From Antedon mediterranea (taxonomy: Eukaryota; Animalia; Echinodermata), in contig NC_092675.1 of NCBI RefSeq assembly GCF_964355755.1, forward strand, positions 5,265,812 through 5,329,811: a DNA stretch of 64,000 bases, in the 5' to 3' direction. Numbering within the stretch: the stretch's first letter is position 1; every line of letters starts with the position of its first letter. Made by a program: the position numbers and the translations under genes. The notes beneath the pieces are model-generated. The model was not told the DNA's origin. It worked only from the letters and a program-made list of their open reading frames with translations, and did not search any database. Shown here one piece after another: positions 1-13,530 of this stretch.

Positions 1-94
1 TATTTTTCTTTTTAAATAAAAGCAAAGAGCAATCAATTTAAGTACCATTGATTAATCTTGCTGTTTCCTGTGTCTTGTTCATTGATTTTTTTAG

Positions 95-3000
95 GACAAA
101 TATCGGTCGTAGTCGAGCATGGTTGAGACTAGCACTCATGCAGAAGAAACTATCCGATTATTTCCGAGCACTGATTGAACGGAAGGACATACTCGGGTAA
201 ATAATCACTGACTGTTAAACACAATTTTAATCATGTTTCTATTCAGTTTATCACAATTTCTTAAATAAAACAAAACAACAGTTTTTTTTAACATTTACAG
301 ATAATTGTAAACATTAATCAGAATTAAAAATAAAAAACAGGATATCACTGATGTGTTTTTCTGTCGCGATTTCACGCAATTCACTCTTCACACTCAAAAC
401 CGGTTACAACTTTTAACAAGTTGTTATTATTTGAAAAATAGGTTAAACGATAACAGTTGCATGAAAGTATCAAAAATGTTTTAAAGAGTATTGAGATTGA
501 AGTTGTGTTGTTGTTTATCTTCGTCAACCATCAAGTAGTGGCAATCATTAATAAATCTTTTCATATTAAACGCTTTTAATTTACCTGCAATATGTTCAGG
601 TCACAACCTGTAAATGCCATATTGCATTTTGATTTGTTCATTGATTTAATTGCCTCAAACCATTAGAAATATTAACTTCAAAATGACCGACATAATATTA
701 ATACTGAATGCATTCAAAAAGGATTTAAATATCGTAACTTATAAAGTTGCTGATAATGATTGACATCACATTTATTTATTTCATACGCATCCAACAGCGA
801 GTGACTTGCCAATTACAGGATGGATAAACTATTTGATACTTTATCATACTTATAAACTAAGTTTCATTTGAGGCTTATGGAGTTGTTGAAAGAGTTGTGA
901 GTTACAACCCTGGCACTAGGTTGGGATTAAAACCTGGGCCATGGGATTGGAAGGCAAGCACGTTAACCACCAAGCTACAGCTCCACTGCTAGATAATTTG
1001 AATAAAGTTTTTGTATTTTGACCAATTACAAAAACATAATTATACAATTAATGTTTGTTAGTTGAATGGTGAGGCAGTCACTGCAGTAAAAATTGCAGTA
1101 ACTGCAGTACAATCATTTTGACATTGTTCCTTATGCCTGTAGCAATTACTAGATTGAAGCGCTTATAAAAGATGGTGTCTATAGACTATCTAACCCGTCA
1201 CATTTATTTTGTAGTGAATTCTATGACCCTGGAGCTGCATTGATGGAAGAGGAAGCAACTGTCATTGCAGGACTTCTAGTGGGCTTGAATGTTATTGATT
1301 GTAACTTGTACTTAAAAGGAGATGATTTGGATTCGGCTCCATCAGTTCTTGATATCAGTGTTTTTATGAAAGACGGAAACTATTTGGAGAAACCGGAAGA
1401 GGCTGGTGCTGGGTATGCAACTTGTAACAAATTATACTACTGTACTTGCAGCTAAATTACGTTACAAATTTGAGTTTGTTTTATTTAAATTGCCCATGCT
1501 AATAGACTGCCTGGGTTAAGGCTGATAAGAGTTAAGGCTTGTTAATTTAGGAATAAAGTTGAATTTAACCTTCTCCAGTTTTCCTATACTTTATACCACA
1601 TAAACTACCTAAAATACATAGTATTGCCTACACACACATACACGGATACAATGTTGTATTCAAAATTCTTCCAAAGTTCATTGGTAGTCTAACATGACTA
1701 CTGTACATAGTAGCATAGGTAATGCACTATGTTGGCTTTTTAACCATGTGACTAGGCGACTTATTTTTATGTTCTACAATTTTTTTCAGCTGTTTAACTG
1801 ATGTGGAGTTGGACCATCCCTGAGTTCATCTCCTTTATTTCATTTATTTCAGTTCAATGGGTTGTGACGGTGGATTATCCCGGAGTTCATTTTCAACCCT
1901 ATCACTGCTATGGCCTGTTTTTATTTCCTTCTAAAATTCATTTCAGCTGTTCGACGGATGGTGGAGGTGGCCCATCCCAGAATTCAGATCTATCTTCTAT
2001 CTTGGATCAGAAGAATTATTTAGAAGAATTGAATCGTCATCTAAATGCACAGATCAGCTCATTACAAATTCGGGTCAAAGGTCTGGAAGAGAATAACTCT
2101 CAGATGAAGCAAGAGGTAATATGGTACATTTGTAATTAAAGAACTCAATAGTTTACAAGAAAATGGGTTTTTTTAAGAACATTTGTTTAACTATACTGTT
2201 GCTAAATCAGTTTGGGGAATTGTGTACAATAATATAAAGATCAAACTTTCAAAAGTAAAATTAAACATAAACAAATTTATGTACAGTAAAATTTTGCAGA
2301 AAAGTTGTCCAGTTCAGACTTTTTGTGCTTTCTTGATGTAGGTTGTTTATTCGTAACCATTTCTTTGTAAAACATATACAAGCATACTGACAAAACTTAA
2401 GATTCTTGTCATTTAAGTTTTTTATGTAACAATATTTTACTTTTTCAGCTTGCAGTTGCCAAAAACAACCTTTTAAGTATTCAAGCAATGAATGAAAAGT
2501 ATCAAACTGAGAATGCCAGACTTTCTCAAGATGTCAACAAGAAAATTGAGGTTGGTTTTTCTTATTAGTGAAGATACCAGCCCGAGAGTGGGCCGTCGCA
2601 CTTCCCCCACTTCAAGATCGTTTTCATATGTATTTTGGAGTTTAATTACCTATTACCCACACTCGCCAGCGACCATCAATACAAATATTAAATAGTAAAA
2701 TAACATCTAAGTTATATTAGGAAACAATATTTTGCGTCTAAGGTGTAAATTGTATTTTATAGCTTGTACGAGCTGATATGGATGTTGAGAGAGAAGCATA
2801 CAACACATCTAGAGCTGGTTTAGATTCACTCTACAAGTCTGCACAAGACGATCTGCAACGTCAAACACATGAACGCAATGTAAGTTGTATTAAGCCTTGT
2901 TATACAATCACAATGTTTGACAACAAAATGTGATGTGCCCATATATGGACATGGTTATGTCATATCACTACCATAATTATTTTTATTTATTTTAAATAAA

Positions 3001-6000
3001 ATAAATAAATATCAATATCATATTTGGGCACATCACACATTTTTTGTCAAACTAGTGTGATAGTGTAGACAGAGCCTTACATTTTATGATAGTCCATACA
3101 TCCCAAACATATAGTATATGTTAGTAATTACAGACAGCCTGTTTGGCCATGATCCACTAAAGCCGACCTCAGATAGCATTTCAACGAATGAGACAAGACA
3201 TGGGGAGCAGAATGCCAATGTGATAAGTCGATTGATACTAGTTTTTGAGAATATCAAACATGTTTAATATTATACAATGCGACAAGCATAAACAACCTTA
3301 CATTGAGTTGGGTTGCATTATACACAGCTGTCTGGGCTCAACTTTAATTAACATTTACATATTTTGTAGCGTTTGTTAATACACCAATGATTGTTAATTA
3401 CCAAATACTACTGGTTATTGAAGATACAGAACACTACCAATTGCTAGGCGTGGTCTTTGAACATTCTTAAACTTTAAAAAAAATACTACAACTACTGATG
3501 TTGATATTCCGCCGTACCACGCCGAGAATGTTAAAGAGTCAGTATCCAATCGGGTTTGAACTATACCATGAAAGTCCCAGTGGTCTAATGGTTAGGACAT
3601 CTGCATATCAAGCAGAAGGTCCGTGTTCGAATCTCAGTTGGGGCGACTCATCTTATCGTTTCAAATTAAATAATTAAAATTTCAGTACATCGCCGGGCGG
3701 ATTAGAATTAATTTCTATGCCTATTGTGTTAATATATATATTAGATATATATTGATGTTATTATATTATATTTACATTATGATGTAAACGTTCCAGGAAA
3801 TTTCTTGTTGAACTTAATTCCACATGATACTCATTTTGTTTTTGTTTTTTTTGTAGGAACTACAGCAGGACCTACAATTGCAAAAGAGTATGAAGACAGA
3901 AATGGAGATGGCAATGAAACTATTGGAAAAAGACATCCATGAAAAGCAAGACACAATAGTATCTCTAAGAAAGCAACTGGGTGACATAAAGACCATCAAC
4001 CTAGACTTATATAACAAACTACAGGTTGGTTAAAATGCAGTAAACTCTCCCAATACACAACACCCTTAGGCTGGCGTAACACGGTTCTGGAATTCTGAAT
4101 GCGTTTTTATTGTTTAAACAGATATTGAAAATTTTTGGAGGAGTATTGTTATTTATTATTATATTTTAAATGTGATCACTCACATGTTTAGTACTTGCCC
4201 ATTACATATTGTGTAGCTGTAACAGATTAGCCAACTTATATTTGTGTACAGTACTTGGTAGATAGACTAGGATGAAACCAGTTCCCTGTACCAGGCTATC
4301 AGACCAACATGGAGTCGACTATGCTAAAACAAAACATAGATGCATAAATATTACTCAGAATTTGAAAGTAGGCTAATAGGCCTCAGGGTGGAATTACACT
4401 ACAAGTTGGGCCGATAACTCAGGGCTGACTTGCATATCATTATTATAAAATAACTGTTTTTGTTTTTTGTAATTCAGAATTTTGAAAGTACTGCCAGACA
4501 CAAGACTGACATTGTTGTAAAATTAGAAGAAAAAACAGCTCAAATGGCTGCCACTATAAAAGCACTAGAGGAAAGGTGGGTAGTTTAAATATCAATTTGC
4601 ATAACATTTACATATATTCACCTGTTATTTCTCATTGTGTTCTGACTTTGTGTGCATGTTACCCATGTTGACTGTTTACATTGAAATGTTTATTTCTTTT
4701 TTCAGTTTTTTATTTATACCAAACTTATTGTAATATTTCATAAACTCATCATCAATCTTAACCTTATTATGTATATTATTATATGTATTGTTGTTAACTG
4801 CTGGTTTAAAATAATTTATAGTACATAGCATATTCCATATTTACCACACATGCTTTATAAGAGCATTAACAAAAAGTAAATTAAAACATAATTATGCTAT
4901 TTTTCCAACCCATATGCCCTTATTTGGTTCGATGCTAATGATATATGTGTTCATCACCATAAAGTTTTGCTTGCCGTCAAACATCCACAATGCAATATTT
5001 GTCAACTTTGTTAGCTTTCACTGTTTTGTTTTTTAAATATAGTTAATTGGAACCTTTGTTTATGTATCACTATTATTTTACTTGTTTATTTAGTAATTCC
5101 TTTAAGTTTTATTTCCTTTTCTTTTATTTGCCTTCCATCTTCTTACATATATGCATGCAGGTTAAAGATATGTGAAAATGATAAACAAGCGGCCATGGAA
5201 ACTGCTCGTAAACTGGGGCAAACTCTTGCAGAAAAGGACCTCAAACGGTGAGTCTTCCAGCGTATGAGTGCCAGTTTTAGTAAGGCAGCATGCGATGGAC
5301 ATTGGTGTACTAATAACACTTGTAGAAAATTGATTTTGTTGTACAGATCAACAAACATGTTCTTTTTGCCAAAAACCAAAAATTTATCATTTCTTTGTCA
5401 CAAATAAATATTTTTCGTTTGTTGACTTCTTTATTAAATGTAATTGTTGTGTGCTTTTGTTTACATAGTGTAATTATCAAGAATGTGAAAGTAATGGAAT
5501 AAAATGTAGTATGTTGTTGGGGGTAAAATTATCTCTATTCAACCACACTAATGCAGTATTTAATACAATTATTTTCTTAAAAGTTTATGTTTCCCAAGTC
5601 TGACGACCAAAAACCATTTTCCATTAAGCATTAAAGAAATCTAATCTAATTTTTGTAAAAAATATTATCTTCTTAAATCAACTACTCACCCACTGCCAAG
5701 GCTGAGAACTTGGACTAACATCCATCTGAAAATGTAACAGCGCCCTCTATTTATGTTATAGATTTTTGCCCACTAGTTTTTTTAAATTTCATTTAACACT
5801 AAATGAGCTAAAAAAATATCTGACCAATTAGGCCTTATTATTATTAATCGAATGTATGTTTGGGAATTTAATTCATGTTATTCAAAAGCTGTGAAAGATA
5901 TGTAAAAATGTTTACTCAATAATACCTTTTCAATTTCTTTTAGTTCTGCTTTAGAAACAGATTTAAAAATTGAACGCGAGTGGCGCAACCAGTTACAGAA

Positions 6001-9000
6001 GGATCTTGGCATGGAGAAAGAGTTGGTTAATCAACTTCAAAAAGATGTTGAGGAACTGGCAAGTTTAAGGCAACAATTCAACAAAGTATCAGATAAACAT
6101 ACACTTTTACAACAAACTTGTGAAGAGCAAGAACTTGCATTAACAGAAATGGGATCAAAACTTAGCGAGTAAGTTATTTTTATTTATTTCAACAATATTT
6201 TACGAGGGTGGTCCATCCAGCTGAAGCTGATCATTAGGGACCCTCACAGAAATACATTATGACAAGACATAAACATGTAACAATAAAAATAAAATTAATA
6301 TAATTAATAAAGATAAAATAAAGCTCAAACAATTTAGAATCAAAAATTTAAAAAATTAAATTGTATTGTATTTATACCATAAGATATTATGCATTTTGAT
6401 TATCAACTCAAGCGCAATCACAGCTCAAGCCACCACAGAACCAATCAGATACCCTACAAGCATTTTAACAACATTGTTATAATTTTTATTCCATGCTAAA
6501 GAAATGGGTGTTGTCACGAAAATGTAGTAACAAAAGATATGCCAGTTTTAAGTCATTTCCCTACACAGCCTATTTTATTTTGTTGTGCGTTACGAAAAAG
6601 TAATCTGTACTATTTAGTAATCTAAAATTGTTTGGTCTGTAAATGTACGGTTGTTTTCCTGTTCTTATTAGTTATCCGCTTGGTATACCAAGCGGATAAC
6701 TCCTTGTTATTGTACGAGATCAACATTTTTTTTCTGTATTATTAGTTATCCGCTTAGTAGCGGATAACTCCTTGTAATCGTCCTGTTTCATCATCTTTTT
6801 TTTTTTTTTTTTTCTGTATTATACTTCTTTCCTTCTGTCATTTTTGTGCGTCGCGTTTCTCTAAAACGTGTAAACAGAACATATCGTAACTTTGTCAACA
6901 TATCGACATATACGTGAACTTGTGCACCTCCTATTTTTGAATGACGTCAGAGTTGCGCAACGTGACTTACGCGCGATTTTATGAATTTCAATGATTGATC
7001 ATAGACTAAAAACGAAACATAATTTTGTTTTGACACTTTGTGAAAATTTAAGTAAAATCAAGCGCAAACTTCCTATGGATTAAAAATAGCATGTTTCACA
7101 AAAAGTTACGCGCGCACGCGCGTTTAAAATTTTAGAGTGCGAAAAATCAACTTCTAATCAACTTTCTATGCGTTTCATGTCATTTTGAGCATGTCAAAAA
7201 TTCCCACGCGCGCGAAACTTTTTACGCACGCGGTGCACACTTAGAGTTAAAAACATATTTTTTTCGCGTGATTCATGTTTTTTCAGCCTTTTATAGTAAT
7301 GTTACCAACCTTTAAACAATTTCGACTTAAAATTACGTCATACGAGCACGTCGAATTAAATAATTTGCACGCGTTTCTGGTGAAAAAGTTCAAAAATTCG
7401 TCAAAATTATGCCTATTTTTAAACAGTCATAGATTCTAAACTACATGGAGAACTTTTTTTTAATTACATATTCTGGAAGTTGATGAGTTGTAGATATCGA
7501 ATCATGCATTAATATGGCTAACCGGACATTGTGACGTCATCGTATGGCCACGCGAATATAAAATATAGGATTTTTGTCTCTTTCGTCATAGCTCATCACA
7601 TTTAATAGAGCGCATCTCCACTTATTCGTAGTCGATTTTCACCCCGATTTTAATATATTCTAGGTCAATCAACTATCTTCTGCATGAATTTAAAAATTTT
7701 TAATTTTTTTAACGTCATCATGCCTAAAAATTTAAATTACGTTGGTCATTAATTTCATCTTTACAGTAAATTTTAATCTGTTATAGCTCGTAAGAATAAA
7801 ATGTGATAATCAGGATTAAAACGTTTTCAGGAAGTTATTGTATTGTAGATACAAAATCATGTGAAAATTGTGCCAATCGAATGTTGTGACGTCATCATAT
7901 GGCCAGTTAAATACAAAAAGTCGTATTTTCATCTTTTGCGTTATATTTCATTACATTTAAAAGAGCGCGCATCAATATTTCACGTATTCAAATTTCTTCT
8001 ACACGGTAATATGTTGTTGCTGAGATAATTTCATTCTGAAATTTCTACTTTTGCATTTCATTTTGAAACCGTCAAGATGTTAAAAATTACAATAAAATAC
8101 GGGTCCCGTAATTTCACCTATTTTACACTGTTTGTGATATGTATACAGATTGTACTGTGTATACTATATGACACAAACTAACAGAATTCAGAAATAACAA
8201 CATATCATATTCTTCAGTTCAGGTCATAATGCCTTAATATTTCTCTGTGTGCAATATTCTAACGTATGACGTGCACGTGGCGTTTGTCGAGCGGATAACT
8301 AACTCGTCAAAGTGACGAGTTTCATGTCTAGTTCTTCTTTCCTTCCTTCCTTTTTGTGAGTCGCGTTTCTCTAAAATGTGTAAACATAACATTTCATAAC
8401 TGTGACAACATATGGGCATTTACGTGAAGTTGTGCACCTCCTATTTTTGAATGACGTCATAGTTGCGCAACGTGACTTACGCGCAATTTTATGAATTTCA
8501 ATGATTGATCATAGATTAAAAACCAAAAGTCATTTAGTATTGACACTTTGACAAAATTTAAGTCATATCAGGGGCAAACTTTCTACGGATTAAAAATGGC
8601 ATGTTTCACAAGAAGTTACGCGCGCACGCGCATTTAAAATTTCAAAATGCGCAAAATTAATTTCTAATCAACTTTTTACGCGTTTCATGTCATTTTGAGC
8701 ATGTCAAAAATTCCCACGGGCGCGCGATTTTTTACGCACGCGGTGCGCACGTAGCGATAAAAACATATTTTTTTCTCTTGAATTATATTTTTCAAGCCTT
8801 TCCTAGTAATTTTGAAAACAATTTAGAACTTTTCCAGTTTAAATAACGCCATACGAACACGTTGAATTAGACAATTTGTGCGCGTTTTTTATGAAAAAGC
8901 TTAAAAAATCATCAAAATAATGTCTTTTTTTAAACAGTCATAGTTTCTAAAGTAAACCGTGAACCGTTTATTTTTATTACAAAATCTAGAAGTTGATGAG

Positions 9001-10696
9001 TTGCAGATATCGGATCATGCATCGATAAGGCCAAAAAAACATTGTGACGTAATCGTATGGCCACACGAATGTAAAATATAGGATTTTTGTCTGTTTCGTT
9101 ATTGCTCATCACATTCAATGGAGCGCATCACGCTTATCTGTATTCATTTTTCTCCTATATTTATATATTGTCTAGGTTAATCAACTTTCTTTAGCATGAG
9201 ATAAAAATATTTTAATTTTTATAACGTCATCATGCCTAAAAATTTTAATTACGTGGGTCATTAATTTCATCTTTACAGTAAATTTTAATCTGTAATAGCT
9301 CGTAAGAATAAAATGTGATAATCACGATTAAAACGTTTTCTGGAAGCTATAGGATTGTAGATACGAATTCATGTAAACATTTTGCCAATCGGATGTTGTG
9401 ACGTCATCATATTGCCAGTTGAATAAAAAGAGTCGTATTTTCATATTTTGCGTAATAGTTCATCACATTTAAATGTGCGCGCACCAACATTTTACGTATT
9501 CAAATTTCTTCTACACGTTAATATGTTGTTGCTAAGATAATTTTCTTCAGAAATTGCTATCGTTGTGTTGTTTTTTTTATGACGTCATCATGTTAAATAT
9601 TTGAATTAAAGGCAGGTCCCATAATTCAGTTAATATGTCATATAATAATACAGTAGTACAATGTACACCAGCATAGTCTCTGATGTGAGCAAATTGTTGT
9701 TTGCCGCCCTCTGTATCATGTAGAATTAATGTCTCCTTTTATACACAGTGTACTGTATAATTATAATAGGCTACAAGGCGAAAATACAGGACCACCTCTT
9801 ATTATAGTTTTTAACGTATGACGTGCACGTGGCATCTGTCGTGCGGATAACTAACTCGTCAAAGTGACGAGTTTCATGTCTAGTTATTAATTGTATGCTG
9901 CCCTCTATAGTAACATTAAGTTTGGTAGTCTCTTTTTCTGTCAGTTGTAATTGGAAAATGAATCTAAATTTTTTCAAAATGTTTTTATATTATAGTTACA
10001 AATATAATGTATAAGTAATGAAAGTTATTTTATATATTTGTTTTTTTATTTCTCATTTGATGTGTTTCTCAATTGCGTGTAGATCTCAATTAAAGATGGA
10101 TGATATGAAAGAAACGGTGACAGCCTTAGATAAACGGGTGTGGACAAGCGATAAAGACTCCCTCTCTTGTATGTTGTGTGAAAAACAGTTTTCTGTTGCT
10201 CGTCGTAAAGTAAGTATTTTTTCACTTTTATTTTTTATTCAATTCAATAACATCTATATGTAACATCTCGTGGCCAAAGGCTAGTTACAAATTACATTAA
10301 AATGGTACCTATTAAAATTAAACATGCACAGAGACACTAAAATGTAAAAAAATAGACTGAATAAAAAAATGAATCTGGGAAATTATTTGTATTTTAGTTG
10401 CAACAGATCGTTACATTTGTACATTTCTATTCACATTTCTATACTAGGTCTTTTTTATGTCATATGGATTAAAGTTTAGAAAATGGATTATACTGGAAGG
10501 CAGTCATAAAAGTGTAGGAAAGTAACATGGAATAAAATTTATTTTGTTACAGCACCATTGTCGAAGCTGTGGAGGAATCTATTGCAATTCTTGTTCAGAT
10601 AACTACATGCCACTGCCATCATCAGCTAAGCCAGTCAGGGTCTGTGACAAGTGCCATACAAATCTACTACAGAGGTACTCAGCATCATCTGCATAA
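95..10696 (+). CDS. RUFY2: RUN and FYVE domain-containing protein (RUFY1/2/3 family), 5' end outside window
   Basis: GT-AG exons in consistent phase: 95-196, 1215-1412, 1947-2115, 2449-2550, 2763-2879, 3857-4024, 4478-4575, 5161-5247, 5944-6168, 10083-10209, 10553-10696 (TAA). Translation shows the RUN-domain end ([19 protein letters not shown]...[31 protein letters not shown]), coiled coils ([15 protein letters not shown]; [17 protein letters not shown]; [12 protein letters not shown]) and a FYVE finger (WTSD...[24 protein letters not shown]...PVRVCDKC). Paralogue number is uncertain. Confidence 0.95.
860..987 (-). mobile_element. tRNA-derived SINE, 5' part (same family as 39544-39755)
   Basis: Reverse complement begins AGTGGAGCTGTAGCTTGGTGGTTAA (A box) followed by a degenerate B box, matching the head at 39544. 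Confidence 0.6.
2893..3078. mobile_element. MITE family A copy
   Basis: Long imperfect TIRs (...TGTGATGTGCCC / GGGCACATCACA...GATAGTGTAGACAGAGC) shared with five other copies in the window. Confidence 0.75.
3574..3645 (+). pseudogene. tRNA-like sequence (ATC anticodon, Asp-like); pseudo-tRNA or repeat-embedded tRNA module
   Basis: 72-nt cloverleaf: acceptor GTCCCAG/TTGGGGC, D arm TGGTCTAATGGTTAGGAC, anticodon stem TCTGC/GCAGA with loop ATATCAA, GTTCGAAT T loop. The T stem has two mismatches. Confidence 0.6.
6175..6660 (-). mobile_element. probable LINE 3' remnant
   Basis: Minus strand has an AAAT-type tail and a stem-loop tail (6196-6246) shared with the SINE at 39703-39755. Decayed coding-like sequence lies upstream. 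Boundaries are approximate. Confidence 0.45.
6665..9884 (+). mobile_element. non-autonomous Helentron/HINE (DINE-1-like) element, outer copy (6665-6740 + 8334-9884)
   Basis: 5' palindrome AGTTATCCGCTTGGTATACCAAGCGGATAACT (6670-6701), 3' subTIR GCGGATAACT (9843-9852), hairpin AACTCGTCAAAGTGACGAGTT, terminal CTAG in a T-rich context, no TSD, internal ~355-bp degenerate repeats. Confidence 0.8.
6741..8333 (+). mobile_element. non-autonomous Helentron/HINE element, inner (nested) copy
   Basis: Has its own 5' inverted repeat AGTTATCCGCT-TAGT-AGCGGATAACT (6744-6769), 3' subTIR (8291-8300), the same hairpin and CTAG (8328-8331). Collinear with the outer copy over ~1.3 kb. Confidence 0.8.
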
Positions 10697-13530
10697 TTCT
10701 GAAATGGGACTACTGCCAGGGCCTAGGATGTACTACCATTTCCTGTTTAGAAATCCATGCAGCACTAATATTAACGAATATATTATGGATGAATTAATTC
10801 TATTGTATAAACCGAGCACCAAGATGACTTGAATGTTTATCATGGGCATTATTTTTAAGTGATCAAGATTAATGTTCAGCAGTTACAAAAAAGTTTATGC
10901 TCAAAATGTGTAAATTGTATGTGTACATGCAGCATTGTGAAAAACATGATGTGCTTGCTATCAAAATGAAATGCTTTAAACATTGATGCTCAATTATGGG
11001 TTTTTATTAAAGTTGTGGCAACTCAATGTCTTTTTTAGTACTATTATACGAATGCCATACTTTCCATGATCAATGCTAGTATTATTAATCTGTGAGGTAA
11101 AAATGATTGCAGCCCTTTGCAGGCCTAAGGCAGTCAGAAAGTGTACTTGTTTGCCATGGTCAACACACCATAAAATGGTCCATTATGTTTTAAATGAACA
11201 AAACTGTTTATTTTTCTCAAATGCCATGTTAGATATATCATGTTTACAATGTAATTGAATGTGTGCATCCTCATATGTTACATTTCTAAACTATTATTTA
11301 AAACTTCTATCTTTGTTATTTCGTTTTTAAGGGTTCAAAGCAGATGAACATTTTGTTAATATAGTTGGTGACAATTGTATAATAATGTCAGATTTCAAAG
11401 TCAGAATACGCAAAATATGTTTGTAAAAAAGATGTTTATAAAATTACCTTTATGTTTTTTTTATTTGTTATGATACATAATATATGTATACACTTTATAA
11501 TTATTTTAATTCTTTGTTACATAATTTTATATAAATAATTAGTTCTAATATATATATATATGATTGCATACTGTACCAATTATTAATTTCCATAATTTAT
11601 TTTTTAAACATTCAATTTCTTCCTTTATGAAACCAAAGAATTAAAATTATATTTGGTTTCTATTTATACGTTAAATAAGTGAAGCGGTTTTTTACAGTAC
11701 TGTATAACAATAAAACCCCTCCTTTGGGACACGCCTCTATTCAGGATGCACCCATATTAAGGGACAATTATCCGGTCCTGATTGTGTCTCCTTAATATTG
11801 TTGGAAACCTTTCAGCTGCATGATTTTTAAAGACGGTTGTATAAGCTAAGAAATGAGGGCCTTGTGATGATTTTCTCAGACTGATCAACAAATGCAGACG
11901 TCTCTCGCAAGGTTTATCATCAGGAGCGGTAGTGCCAGATCGTGTGCTACGGGACGCTAAGAAAAATGTAGGAAGACAATAAAGATTTTATGTCACGTGA
12001 ACACATGATGGAAGAAATCAAATCCAAGACATTCTTACAAAGTCATTCCTCCTCTCTAATTTGAAATGTACTTCATACTATTCAAGACAACCTTAACTAT
12101 GATTATTAAAACTATTTTATATAGTTTATTTTCAAATGTTTCATGAAAAACTGTTTTTGTCCAGTAAAAAGTGACTTTTTTAAAGTTTTCCGCTGCTGAT
12201 CAGAGAATTGGATGATCGAGCTGTGATGCCTTTTTTATCAACAGATCTATTGAAATATCTCATTTCTGATTAGCCGTAAATATTTGAATGTTTGAAATCC
12301 ACAAACCATTATATTGTACTGTCTATATTGTATCTTAAATGTGCCTTTGTGCTTTCATAATTTAATTGATGGCCGCCATGTTTATTCAGCAGAAGAGTTT
12401 ATTTTTGTTACCTGACTATTTAATAGTAAACATGTAAAACTATGTTAGATTAATATGACGTTTGAAATTACCTGTCTCCTTCCATCGATGTCTGTCACAA
12501 TTTTGTAGTAGATTGCTAAAACTACAGCTTGTAGGCCTATGACTTTTTAAGTAATTTCACTAGTGATATGAAATACCAGACTGTCGGCCTACTGTAATCC
12601 ACAGCTACCTGAATATTAAATTGTAATGCTAAGATAAATTATGTGGAATTAAATATTACTGAAATTCAAAACAATACTGCGAGTATTTTCTTGTATTTTT
12701 TATAATGTTTCTAATTTGAGTTTATCGTTTTTTTCTTCCCTACAATCTTAATATGTTTTTTTAGGAGAGAGATCATGCATATCAATTCAACTTGCTATTA
12801 CATTGTGATGATTTAGTTTGCTTTATTATTTTTAGTTTAAAGATGTTCTACATTAAACACTCAAAAGTGTTAACTAGAGTAAACAACAGTTAAATATAGC
12901 AACGGAGAAGGGGGTATCTTAATATCGAGTATACTTTATCTAAATACACACACAATACCGACACTTTAATGTACGGTGTTTTTAAAAGGTAAGTTCTTCT
13001 CAGTAAGCCGTTGGTAATACTCTCAACCATTAACAAAACATTAAAGTGGCTTGAAGTGACCTCATAAGCGTGTAGGCTACTATTGGTCAATGTGCGCGTA
13101 TGCCATCGAAATATTGTTTTAGGCCCTCATAACCACATTTCTTTACGAAGTTTGGGTTCGTATGCCAGCTTATAATAAGAGCACTTCGGAGTCTTTGTCG
13201 GCAGATATATTAATGGATAAGTATATTATTGAAAAAACAAACTGTTATGAAAAATCTTTTCTTTGCTTATTGATACGTGTGTCATTCATACGCTTTGTTC
13301 TTAAAGGATGCTTTGCATTAATTAAGTAAACATTGCATTTCAATATATAGTTTGAAGATCTTGTATTTCATCAGCACTCGTTTTTAAATGATTTTTACAA
13401 TACGAGACTATGATAGTAGGCATGCTGGCCGAATATAATGATATTTTGCATGCACAGAGATTCAAGTAGCCTCTATGAAAATAGTTGTATGTGTTACATT
13501 AAATTGATGAATAAAGATGGTATGATCCTA

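Noticed and set aside
3490-3575. Hammerhead ribozyme (CTGATG...GAAA)
   Set aside because: The core is CTGATGT rather than CTGANGA, and I could not build the three required stems.
3574-3645. Functional tRNA gene
   Set aside because: Two T-stem mismatches, A at position 32 and an unusual ATC anticodon.
6741-9884. Simple 1.5-kb tandem duplication or assembly artefact
   Set aside because: The copies are clearly diverged, and the end structure fits nested insertion better.
8234-9977. Two minus-strand ORFs sharing [14 protein letters not shown]
   Set aside because: The shared peptide is simply the repeated 3' end of the HINE-like element.
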